A stretch of DNA of 64,000 bases, taken from positions 1-64,000 of the forward strand of contig JALJEE010000252.1 of NCBI GenBank assembly GCA_023231475.1. Reading direction: 5' to 3'. The notes under the pieces were generated by a model, which saw nothing but the letters and a program-made list of their open reading frames with translations, was not told the DNA's origin and made no database searches. The position numbers and the translations under genes were made by a program. Positions 41,601 through 51,500 of the stretch are shown one piece after another (position 1 is the first letter of the stretch; each line of letters starts with the position of its first letter). The DNA is from Seison nebaliae (taxonomy: Eukaryota).

Positions 41601-44600
41601 CATTTTTCTATGAAATTTCGAAACAATTCGAGAAAGATTTCCAAGTAATTCAAAGGTCGAAACCAGTGGAAATTGGTGAGAAATATGCGTATTCGAAACC
41701 GATGAGTGTTCCTGTTATTCCGATTACCATCAGTACTGATGATAGGGATACGAGAATTATTCAAAATATTCCGTCATCACCGAGAAAACCGTTAAGCTCA
41801 TTAATTAGTAGTAGCGAAGAAGACGATATGATGGATATGTTTACATTTAAAGATCGATTCTTATCTTTGAAATTGGAGAATGAGGTTTTTGGAGATTTTA
41901 ATAATTTCAATTTTAATCAATTCATTAATACGAGAAAGAACGACAACAATAATCGTACTTATTGTTCCATCAAATTATTATTCAATTTAGAAAATGAAAA
42001 AATTTCTCTATTCACTTCATCCAGTCCCATTGATACGATGCCGTTATTTCAGAAATTAGACAAGGAATTATCACTTCAATCCACTTCCAATCTCTATACG
42101 ATTGCCAGCAATAACTTACAAGAAATAATTCAAGGATTTATTAACGAATATAATGATAAACAATTATATGAACAGAATCTTCAAAGTTATTATCGGAATT
42201 TAATCGAACATATCAGTCGAAAGATCAATTCTTCAAAACCGTCAGATATCCTTCATTATTGTCAACGATTCCTCCAAAATAAAACATCAAATGATGAATG
42301 GAATAATGCTCCACAACGACCATTCTTCGTTTCGGAATATGTGACGAATATTCACATTCATCATGTTCATAATATGACAACTTCCCAAATTTGGTTGTTA
42401 CAGAAAGCGTTGTTCAATTTGAGGAAATTAATCATAAAAAATTGTGGAAATATCGAAACATTACCAATCCATTCTGAAACGATAGAAATTTTAAGAATCG
42501 GTTATTTGTTCGATTGTAAACAAGTTGTCATATCGAATTGTCAAAAATTACGTTATTGTTATTACGATATCGAAATGAGTGAATGTCGAGTATTGATTAT
42601 TGATAATACGCCAAATTTACAGAAATTGTTAATCGACGGAAATAAAGGAGTTCTCAAACAAATCAAATTATTGGGCAATTTCCAATTGAAATTATTGGAA
42701 ATGAGAAATTGTCATGGAATTCAATCGAACGATTTTATTCATTTCATTCTGGTGCCAGTTATGCAAGAATTGAAAGCATTACGATTAGGAGCATTAAAGA
42801 ATAATACTTTAACAATCAATGAAAAGAATGAATGTTCGATGGATAAACAAAAATCTTTAAATAATTTGGAATATTTCCAATTATTAGAAGATTGTAATTT
42901 GATTACGATCGAAATATTCAATGCGATTCGAATCAGTCGATTTCTTATAAATAATTGTAAACATTTGAAAACGATTCGATTGAGAAGTCGGGGTCACATT
43001 TGCTACTGTCAAATAATCAGTTGTCCCGAATTAGATATGATCGACATCAGTTGTGATTCGATCGATTATTTCCAAATCAATAGTTACAATGATTCGTTAA
43101 TAAATAAACAGTTCAACTTATTAATCAATTGTCTGGGATCGGCAGGAATTATTCGAATATTCTATTGTGAAGTTCAACATCTTCAAATCGCTTCCAAATC
43201 GATAACCGTTCTTGCTCTCATCGATTGTGAATTCAATTCGAATATTTTAAGGAAATTAACTTCTGGGAATAAGACTTCGTTCTTGGCTGATACGGAAACA
43301 TTTTCGATATTTTCAAAGAACGAAAGTAATCTTAATCGAAATGAGCCGAATCTCATTAATCGAAGTTTAACTGAGAAGTATCATACAAGTTCGATTCTAG
43401 CACGAAAGAGTAATGATAATAAAAGAAGAAATTTCAATTCAATGTTTCGAAAACCATCGGAAACAAAAGTCAATACGAGTAAAACGAATATTAATAATAG
43501 TAATAATTCGCAGAATAGTTTTACTCATTTATCGTCGTTACCAAATGTGAGTGGAGAGATTTGTCAGAATATTCGACATTTATGTATCGAAAGTTGTTTC
43601 GGCGACTGGAAACATATCACTTTACGAAATTTAACAAATTTAAAATATTTAAACTTACGAAATAGTCGTGTCGCTCATGGAATCTACATATCACATTGTT
43701 CCAACTTAAGAGCAGTTAATTTGAGTGATTGTACTCTCTTGTCATATCTGTGTGTTAATGGAGAAACATATCGATTCCGTAAGACTAGTAACACCAACTT
43801 ATCGGACGAACGGAAATATAGTGTTTCTTCCTATTTATCCAAATCGGAAAAATCGCAAGATAGGTCGGGATCTCAATGCTCTTCTCAATATAATACTCCG
43901 AAGAATGATGGAAATTTATCACATTATCACGATCATGTTGAGACAGTAAAAGCGGCAAATACAACTAATATTCAACGATCACAAAGTTCGAAAAGTACAA
44001 ATCGAATTGTCCCAATACCGGAATTACCCAAGAAATGCAGTACTCCAGCGAGCACTCGTCAAATGATTAATGATAATAATTGGTATTCAGCAGCAGCTCG
44101 TCGTGCATCTCAAGCTCTTTCACTCACCATGTTATCCACATCAAGTAATGAGAAACAAATGATTCAGAAGAAGAATACCGCTCCATTCAGTAAGAATAGT
44201 TTGACGAACACTTATAAAAAGTTTTCAGTATTCGCTAGAAATATAACAGATGAAACATTTTGGAATCCTTCTGAAATATCGAGTGCATCCTCAAAGAATT
44301 TAATATCCAGAAATTGTTCATTATCCATTGATGAAACGATTGAAGAACATAAAATTTCTAGTGGTGAGAAAGAACGAGATTCGGGATTCCTTTCACCGTT
44401 TTATGTTGAAGGAAGAAACGGTCGTGTTCAATTATTAAAAAGAGCTTCATATATTACCGTCAGTTACGATGATGAGTCATCGAATGATTTTTTGAATAAT
44501 TGTGTCGATAAGGAACAAGAGAATACGAATGATTATAAAAAGGATTCGACAACATCATTGAAAGCGTTGGTGATTGTACCACCATGGGAAAAAGAATGTT

Positions 44601-44650
44601 TATGGTCTCATCACCCAACCCCTCAAAAATTTGATGCCTCAATTATCTAA
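38684..44650 (+). CDS. Very large single-exon F-box / LRR-like protein (1988 aa)
   Basis: F-box INALPEKILIKIFSQL..LVCRKWRRIL..PNLWRHL. Many LxxLxIxxCxxL repeats (LRKLIIKNCGNI, LKLLEMRNCHGI, LRAVNLSDCTLL). Low-complexity N/S/T termini. True start codon uncertain. Confidence 0.8.
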   Translation: MGKKSRHQHFLSNINLTATTTTTLSSSQTTTTTTTAAALSTLFLINNSMAVGKDFSTRNKLTVSNYSININKNKNNNNNNNNKSNLIPNDLEGSVYGNGMTNMMDDTDLSCGDTAGNVDNECSSTLIDYWYHKISEYDNMILNAHSTNLPEINTVDKDLSVTPNISYDSKISNEQCPTGNPHSLSSLSNPSVNLSAEDEKKNSITSRSKLALRFPIKKWRNRGKSANPSSATDGDSNQEEKYNKFGGIDLNKNTTHKAQPTLFIQNKTPLTSSTIPIRHDTPNVIEKKAKFKLIGRVIQKLQHHQPISDINKNKNNNPEITSKDRTHSDINLSITQHYSTTDSLNTNNTTGLLPSDNSSNFQNLSVGMKRSNFQLASTYNNARNKVNEDFDLNRSTSSHFFHSPSTDDGNVATMATRDNEVAKASPVKTKSKNRRLLETINDAYKKINISGTSSKFRSTQQSMDDRTESNVDYQSEVDLHQIDEPPSNINALPEKILIKIFSQLRIIDDELPRYALVCRKWRRILATTPNLWRHLILKKECSKLTRKHLSKRAKKSIFDEKNLNCRYIDHILRYDKCMTDSRIIVEDSTPINHDEEQAQQPTNNSSFMNSFLHLTVDPFTKNKRRSNAPIGGDITPRESFKRNTLTEQSFLQHINLDIFSDEISSRGVRSQYQTSIYSPEMRRRLKLISYVIRVYGKHIFTIRWLDETVINETIVFYIFKFCTSLQRLHLPCVWSAKMLHLMITSQKSDNEVDIPLTHHRRTQFHSINQSGSSNSLFCFTFVPKIQCPTCETTNCAIGCPVRLKKMIRQNYLIENQCEVREETAENVNLSLSPSSGHSEYSNNLTPDSIHKSFNLIHHQRLHATAKQVFRKKLFDSKSSSIFSSTFCSTDNPRPSMNSIEYSLPKTLRRILIRGHFLFSDTELLLLGKKFETLQHVTLASCYKLTWRGLKSFLHISSLFEFESICRTKNEELSFFYEISKQFEKDFQVIQRSKPVEIGEKYAYSKPMSVPVIPITISTDDRDTRIIQNIPSSPRKPLSSLISSSEEDDMMDMFTFKDRFLSLKLENEVFGDFNNFNFNQFINTRKNDNNNRTYCSIKLLFNLENEKISLFTSSSPIDTMPLFQKLDKELSLQSTSNLYTIASNNLQEIIQGFINEYNDKQLYEQNLQSYYRNLIEHISRKINSSKPSDILHYCQRFLQNKTSNDEWNNAPQRPFFVSEYVTNIHIHHVHNMTTSQIWLLQKALFNLRKLIIKNCGNIETLPIHSETIEILRIGYLFDCKQVVISNCQKLRYCYYDIEMSECRVLIIDNTPNLQKLLIDGNKGVLKQIKLLGNFQLKLLEMRNCHGIQSNDFIHFILVPVMQELKALRLGALKNNTLTINEKNECSMDKQKSLNNLEYFQLLEDCNLITIEIFNAIRISRFLINNCKHLKTIRLRSRGHICYCQIISCPELDMIDISCDSIDYFQINSYNDSLINKQFNLLINCLGSAGIIRIFYCEVQHLQIASKSITVLALIDCEFNSNILRKLTSGNKTSFLADTETFSIFSKNESNLNRNEPNLINRSLTEKYHTSSILARKSNDNKRRNFNSMFRKPSETKVNTSKTNINNSNNSQNSFTHLSSLPNVSGEICQNIRHLCIESCFGDWKHITLRNLTNLKYLNLRNSRVAHGIYISHCSNLRAVNLSDCTLLSYLCVNGETYRFRKTSNTNLSDERKYSVSSYLSKSEKSQDRSGSQCSSQYNTPKNDGNLSHYHDHVETVKAANTTNIQRSQSSKSTNRIVPIPELPKKCSTPASTRQMINDNNWYSAAARRASQALSLTMLSTSSNEKQMIQKKNTAPFSKNSLTNTYKKFSVFARNITDETFWNPSEISSASSKNLISRNCSLSIDETIEEHKISSGEKERDSGFLSPFYVEGRNGRVQLLKRASYITVSYDDESSNDFLNNCVDKEQENTNDYKKDSTTSLKALVIVPPWEKECLWSHHPTPQKFDASII

Positions 44651-45320
44651 TGGAAATTGATGAGAGATGAAACGTTTAATTATCAGAAAATTGTTCGATT
44701 TAACGAATCTCTGAAAAGTGAATGTACCGGTGTTTATTTGAAGAGTTTAAGTTTAAAAAATTCTCTTTCATCATCTTCTCGTCTCATTTTTTTGGATAAA
44801 ATGTTTCACAAATAAAATCCGAATGTTCGTTTTAGTTTACGTTAGTGGAAGCAATTCTTTCTTCTCGAGTTCATTCCCTTTCATTAGTTTGATTTTGTTC
44901 TACGTATATATAATAATATAATTATACGTACATAATATAATCGATTCTTATTTAATTTTATAAGAGTACTAGAAGATATTTGAAAATTCGACTTCTTGAA
45001 CTTGTTTTGAAGGAAATTAAGTTAAGTAAATACATTAATGTTGATGGTATTGTTCAATAATTCAAATTGGATGTAGAGTGTTGTGAAGAATAATCGATAA
45101 AAAAATAAAGTTCTATGCATTTTTCTCGAACGTCCTTCGAGAAAACTAATAAAAACTTTTAAATATTTCCGATAAGAAAACAATCTTTTTATGCAGCGCT
45201 AATGTACCATATCGGAAATGGAGAAAGGTCAGTCAAACTAAACTTCATATTAACAAAAGAGATTATTGGGTGAGTTTTTGTGAGAGAATATATATTTCAT
45301 TCCATTTATGAGTTTAATTC

Positions 45321-45839
45321 ATGGAGAACCGAAGTAATTCCCATTATACTTATTATGAGAAAGACAAACAATTTAAGAAAAGACAGTTCGTTCAAACAAA
45401 CGACTCCGGTCAAATTATTTATGTGCACACTAGTACGTCAACAACTGAAATCGATCTTGGTAAAATTATTGGAAGAAAGAAGAAAGTTCTGTCAAGAAGA
45501 AATTTCATTCCAATGCGATCAAGTGGTGACAAGCCGTATAGAGTTGTTGAACAAATTCCAAATTATTTCAGTAGATATCGACCAGCTTTGTTCCATAGAA
45601 ATTTCTCCAGCTTAGTTCCGTTTGAAGTGAAACAAAAACAATTAATTAAGAATGATCCAATGCACCAACATCGACAAAACTCTTATATAAGTCAAACCGA
45701 AACTTTCAACTTGGAGAATGAACTTTCGAAAATTGAGGTTAAATCACTTGATTCATGGCGTCCAAAATCTCCATTAAAACCATCATTTAAATATTTTAAT
45801 AATACTCATCGGAAACATCCTATGTTGAATGGTCTTTAA
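45321..45839 (+). CDS. Hypothetical basic protein (172 aa)
   Basis: Intact ATG-initiated ORF with plausible composition; no recognised domain. Confidence 0.4.
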   Translation: MENRSNSHYTYYEKDKQFKKRQFVQTNDSGQIIYVHTSTSTTEIDLGKIIGRKKKVLSRRNFIPMRSSGDKPYRVVEQIPNYFSRYRPALFHRNFSSLVPFEVKQKQLIKNDPMHQHRQNSYISQTETFNLENELSKIEVKSLDSWRPKSPLKPSFKYFNNTHRKHPMLNGL

Positions 45840-46279
45840 TATTTCATTGAACCTCTTACTAATTTCATTTAGTGAAAGTAAATATTATGTGTTAATTATT
45901 CTTATAAAAATTGTTATTATTATAAATTCTTAATAATAAGAATAAAAAAATTATTATTATTTATTAATTAGAATTCTCTTCGTGATAAACCTGAAAAAAA
46001 AAGAGAAAAATTATTGTTTTCCCTGGTGTCAATGAAATGTCGTAATTGATCGAGGGAATCGCGGTCGATTTGTAGCTAAGAAGTGGAATCGTATGTGGAA
46101 ATAAAATATTTGAAACTAATAAGAGAAATGTTTCGAGATAACCCATAATATCTGATACTGTATGTGCAAATGGAATGGGTGTGAATATTCAAAATGGTTT
46201 CCAAATTGTCTGTCTCCCAAAACTAATAACTACCAATATGTATAATACCATAATATTCTTGAATACTGCCTAAAAATGG

Positions 46280-46475
46280 TCTCCGAATTGTCTAGTCTCC
46301 TAATTGTACATCTCCGAATTGTCTAGTCTCCGAATTGTCGGCCTTCGAATTGTCTAGTCTTCGAATTAGCAAGTTTCCGAATTGCCTAGTTTCCGGATTG
46401 TCGGCCTCCGAATTGTCTAGTCTCCGAATTAGCAAGTTTCCGAATTGTCGACTCTCCGAATTGTATGTCTCCCGG
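46280..46475. repeat. Minisatellite of 12 copies of a 15/16-bp unit (consensus TCTCCGAATTGTCTAG), probably the end of a foldback-type transposon
   Basis: Units counted directly. The array ends in tgtctcccgg, and a short degenerate direct copy lies at 46191-46218. Confidence 0.8.
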
Positions 46476-46580
46476 TTTTTGCAATTATATTTAGTTAGAC
46501 AAAGAACAAGAATAATAATTAAATAAATTATTTCATCAATTTTTAATTTGATTGACTTTCATTTTAGTTTTGTTATACTA

Positions 46581-48062
46581 ATGGAAAACATTATTGAATT
46601 GCCTTACCACAGCATGGAATTGAAGGTTAATATTCTTTATGATATCGGGAATGAAACGGGATTAGAAATTTGTGGATTCGTAAACATAGTAACTTTAGGA
46701 GTTTGTTTAACAAATTCAATATTCTCCCAAATTATATCTTCGGAATTGTTAATGAGTAAGGTGACAAATCTTATGACTAAAAACGGAACTTTAATAAGAC
46801 AATTAGTGAAAGCTGTTGAAGAAGATCCGAACGCATATTGCATCCATCCACATGAATTAGTCGGAACTGGGGATTTATTACGGCACAATTTAATTGAAGC
46901 GACAAAAGGACGAGAATGCGATTACCGATATGGATTAGCAGGGGAATATTATTTATTAAAACATTATTTCCAACTACTGTCAACGAGACAAATGAGAATA
47001 AATAAGACGCACAATAGTAAACGAGCCTTCGGTGAAATGGAAACTAGTTGTGCACAAAATATAAGGAAAACGAAATTGATAAGTACTCGAATATCTTCAT
47101 TGAACCTAATTCTTAAGGATCTGTTTGATTCAATACATTTCCAAAGCACGATGTTCGATTTAGATATTAAGGAAATGGCTGTCTATCATTCCGAGATTAA
47201 CTTTCTGAGTATAGAACAAAAAATGCCTCATCCTCATTTCCATCAATATTCCACACTCTCTTCCAATTTATTCACGTTTTTAAACGAATATGCTTATGAA
47301 CACTTAAAAAGACGATTTTTCTATCATAAGTCATCTGCACCGGATCATATAATGATCGATTACGGAATGGAATATTTGAAATACGAACTTCATCCTAAAA
47401 CTTTCGGATCTTTTTATGCATTTTTAGACACGTACAATTTGGCAAGAATGCGAGGTAGTCCATTTCTTCAATATTCATTTGATGACGTGATGTTAGCTTA
47501 TGGAAGTGTTGGTTGGATGTTGCCTAAAGACTTCTCTCCGAACTTTGTACGACAGAAATTCGTTGTAGAGTTTCACAACTATATCTTTGATGTTAAAAGT
47601 ATTTCGTTCATCTTATTAAAGCATTATGAAATATCCTTAAGAATGGTTAAACAACATAACTTCCAATACTATATGTCGAACCAAAATAAATATGTTGGTA
47701 CCGAATTTGTAGAAAGTCCATATATAAAAACTTGCTACAGTAACCTCTATTACATGTTGATGGACTACATGGTGAATGTGACAAAATATTCTGATATGGA
47801 CATTTTAAGCAACATATTAGGGAATGAAATTATGAGTAATCTACAAGAAATTTGTAGATATGAATATCGGTACTTCTCTTCGATGACATCGCCCGGAGAT
47901 CAAGAATGTCATTATTTCACAGTTGCTCGAAGGAATAACAAATGGATAATTATACATGATTCCTTCATTTCAGAGATTTTAGATTTTACTCTTTTTTATA
48001 AAGCATTCAAATTCGAACATGTTGTTTCAATCTGGTTGGATAAGGTGAATTACAAAGTCTGA
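46581..48062 (+). CDS. Intronless orphan protein (493 aa), possibly a highly divergent USP/C19-like cysteine peptidase
   Basis: Long intact ORF. N-terminal GNETGLEICGFVN resembles a Cys box; C-terminal HYFTVARRNNKWIIIHDSFIS resembles a His box. The gene itself is likely real; the function is speculative. Confidence 0.55.
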   Translation: MENIIELPYHSMELKVNILYDIGNETGLEICGFVNIVTLGVCLTNSIFSQIISSELLMSKVTNLMTKNGTLIRQLVKAVEEDPNAYCIHPHELVGTGDLLRHNLIEATKGRECDYRYGLAGEYYLLKHYFQLLSTRQMRINKTHNSKRAFGEMETSCAQNIRKTKLISTRISSLNLILKDLFDSIHFQSTMFDLDIKEMAVYHSEINFLSIEQKMPHPHFHQYSTLSSNLFTFLNEYAYEHLKRRFFYHKSSAPDHIMIDYGMEYLKYELHPKTFGSFYAFLDTYNLARMRGSPFLQYSFDDVMLAYGSVGWMLPKDFSPNFVRQKFVVEFHNYIFDVKSISFILLKHYEISLRMVKQHNFQYYMSNQNKYVGTEFVESPYIKTCYSNLYYMLMDYMVNVTKYSDMDILSNILGNEIMSNLQEICRYEYRYFSSMTSPGDQECHYFTVARRNNKWIIIHDSFISEILDFTLFYKAFKFEHVVSIWLDKVNYKV

Positions 48063-48593
48063 ATATAAAATAAATGTTATGTGAACGACTTCAAAATATC
48101 ATCCTTCAAATATTACATTTTATTCATTATCAGAGATTCTTATACATTAAAATAAGATGTTTTAAAACATCAATTGTCCCAGTATTTTAGATAGTAATAG
48201 AAAACTTTAAAAAAATCCAATCAAAAACCATAGTTTTAAGGGTTAAGTAATCTAATAGATTTATTTTTAGTAACGAGTAAATCACAAAGACATTAACATT
48301 GTATCTGAATGTATAGTTGAGACGGTATCTGACGAAATGAGATATACATAAGAAAAGATCAATATTAATGTACAAGAATAAGAATGAAAGGAATGAGTAT
48401 GTTTCTGATACAACTGAATATGATGAAGAATGAGTAAATGGGCGAAGAAAGTAAAAGACACGAAAGAAGAAGAAATTATGAAAATTTCGTGATAAATTTT
48501 CTTTTTCTACTCTAAATAAAAAGTAATTAAGGAAATTATTCCATTGATGATTATTTGAAATTATGGACATCTATCAACTAGTCGTAGGAATGG

Positions 48594-51500
48594 TTATTTG
48601 AATGTTTGCTTAATATATTTGGCACGCAATGCTGATGTTCGATTAGTACGATTCGTCATTGGGGTGGCATTACGTGAAAGGTTTTCCTCTGACAGATTGC
48701 TACATTGAATTAGTTGTCTGGAGGAGTTGGGTAGTGGAAGAGGAAAATGACGTAAATAATTGGAACCACGAACGATATTATGTTGATTGATTTTCAATGA
48801 TGATGTTGGAAGTGAATTTTTCATTGACATTTTCTTCTTATCAATTGGTGTTTCGATAAGATTCTCTTGACGGATCGTAATCGGTCGAGGATCTTTCGAC
48901 AAATCAATTCTCGAATCTTTTAGCAAACGATCTTTTGTCGATGAATTATTATTCGATTTCTGACGTTCACGAGATAGATTTCGTTGTTTCTCTCGAATCT
49001 CAAGATAAGAATCTAAAGGTCGATAATTTGAATTATCGTTCGCTCGTCGAGCTGAATAATTGGCGTTTGTAGTTACTTGAACATTCAAATGATCATGTTT
49101 ATGTGCACTTTCTGATCGATTTCTCTTTTGTTGATGATGATTATGATGGTTTTTCGATTGGTTATCTTGAGTATTATCATCAGTTGATTTCTCATCGTTA
49201 CCTCTTAAATCGATCCAATTATAAATACGATTTTTTGATCGTCCTAATCTATGAGTATTATCCACATTCTTATCAATATTATGAGAATAATATTCATTCT
49301 TATTATTCTGATGATGATGTTGATGATAATCTTTAGACTTTTTCGTTGTCGGTGATGATTTTAAACAATCATAATTATTGTTGTGTGTCGATTTCAATGA
49401 ATTCTTCCGACCTAAACTACTCGATTCATTTCTTTGTTTGGACAGCAAATCTACACTATTGATCAATTGCAATGATTCATCACTATATTTTGATAAATGC
49501 TCATCAACAAATTCATTCGTGTCTTTCCTCAATTGTTGAAATTCGTTAAAAACTTCTTTTTTCCCCGAAAATTTAACATAACGATCTGTCGAATCATTTC
49601 TTGTTCGTTGAAGAGTAAAGAAGTTCATTGACTTTGTTAAATTGTTTCCATTCTCGGAATTGTCGTCATCGAATGTTAATTTTGTTGGAATGGTGTCGGA
49701 GTCTTTAGAAAACGATCGTCGATGATGTCTTCCTAATGATGATGTTCCCGAATTCTTCTTCGACATAATAATCGACAATCTCTTTTCCAAATTAATTTCT
49801 AATTCTCCTAAAATCTTTTCCAAGATAGACGAAGATCTACACATGAGAAATAATAAAAATGGATTTGAAGAAGAATTGAAGAAATTTGAAAATTTAACAT
49901 ATTGAATTTGAGGAAAGTATTTGTCAAATTCTTCCTCACAATATCCAACGTCATTTTCAGTAACTGAACTTTTCCTTCTTCGGTTAAACGTCGAACAAGT
50001 CCAGCTGCTCTTGCTGATGTTTCTTGGACGTGAGCTAATACTTCGGCTGGAATTGAGAATGAAAAGACGAAAATAATGAGGAAAATGAAAACCTTTAATC
50101 TTATTGAGAGTATGAAAATGTTCTTTCTCTTTAGAAATCAATTCTTTCACTAACGGAGTCTCGTTGGATGTGATGGAATAATTATCAAAATATTGTTTTG
50201 TATATTGAATGAATTCTTCAAAATCGAAACGATTATTTGATAAACGTTTCTCTTGTAACGACTTATTAGTAGCGGCTTTCTTCGCATAATCGATGAATGC
50301 TTTCGTATAAATTTCATGAATCTGATTAATCTGTTTTCGGTGAATTGTTATTAATTCTTTTCTACGACTCTCTTGAATTCCCAAATTGTCATCAACACTT
50401 TGTAATTGCATCGTCTTTATTTTTGTTTCATATTTCCTCGTTGTTTCCGATAACATCTCTTCAGCTTGTTGTAATTGTTCATTCATAAATTGTTCTTTCG
50501 TTTGGAAAAGTGAAATGAGATTATCATTCTCTAATTTCAATTTAGTTATTTGAAGTTCGTTATCAGCTATCGTATCATACAATTCATAATAACGTTGGAG
50601 AAGACGATTTTCCTCGTTATCAACATTTGTTGCCAATTCGAGAATTTGTCGATCTTCTTTTGAATTCAACGGTTTATCTGCCAACAATTGAATGAGATGT
50701 TTCGACGGAGAAATATATTCAGTAGACGTTGATGAATTCAATGTGAGATGATTCGGATTTAATGATGAAGATGAGATATTATAATTGTTGTTGTTGTTAT
50801 TGTTGTTGGAAGACAAGAGAGTGGATGATGATAATGTTCGATGTTTTCCATCAAATTTCCTTTGAAGATCTTCATACATTAATTTAATTTTTTTCAATTC
50901 TTTCGTCAACTCGCAAATTTGATTCATTTGATCTTTCTGTTGAGTGGTCTGATAAGCGACTAGTCCCTTCAAATATTTATAATGGGTATCTACATAAAAC
51001 TTCTTTGCAGTTGGACTACAAGAATCATATCCGATTCTTTCGATTTGATTATTCATTAAATGACGATCTTGCATCATCGGAGTATCGGGAACATCATCAT
51101 CTTCATCGTTATCTTCATCCTGATTCTTCTCTTGATTTTCATCTACTGTTGTCTTGTTGGGACAATTATAGAAATTATAATAATCATAATTCACTCTCAA
51201 CTCTGACGAATTCATTCGTTTCATCTTCTCCTTATTTCTACTAAACAATGAATCTGATTGATTTGTCGAATTTGATATTTCACTTTGTATTGACGATTCT
51301 CTTGACATTCTTTCTCGATTTAATGAAGAATTGGAAGAAGCCACCGATCGATCCTCCTCAAATCGACGACATCTCCTCTTCAAATTTTTCACTTCATTCA
51401 AATGTAATTTCTCTTTGTCCACATACTCTTTCTGCATATTCCTCAATCGTTTTCTCAGATCAATCACCACATTATCATCCATTGATTGAGTCCAACTATC

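Noticed and set aside
45121..45145. Palindrome ttttctcgaa-N5-ttcgagaaaa (HSE-like)
   Set aside because: Short, AT-rich and not a contiguous three-unit heat-shock element; plausible by chance.
49837..49898. Intron-like GTT..TAG stretch inside the CEP152 ORF
   Set aside because: Removing the 62 nt shifts the frame to a nearby stop, whereas the unspliced frame stays open for about 400 more codons.
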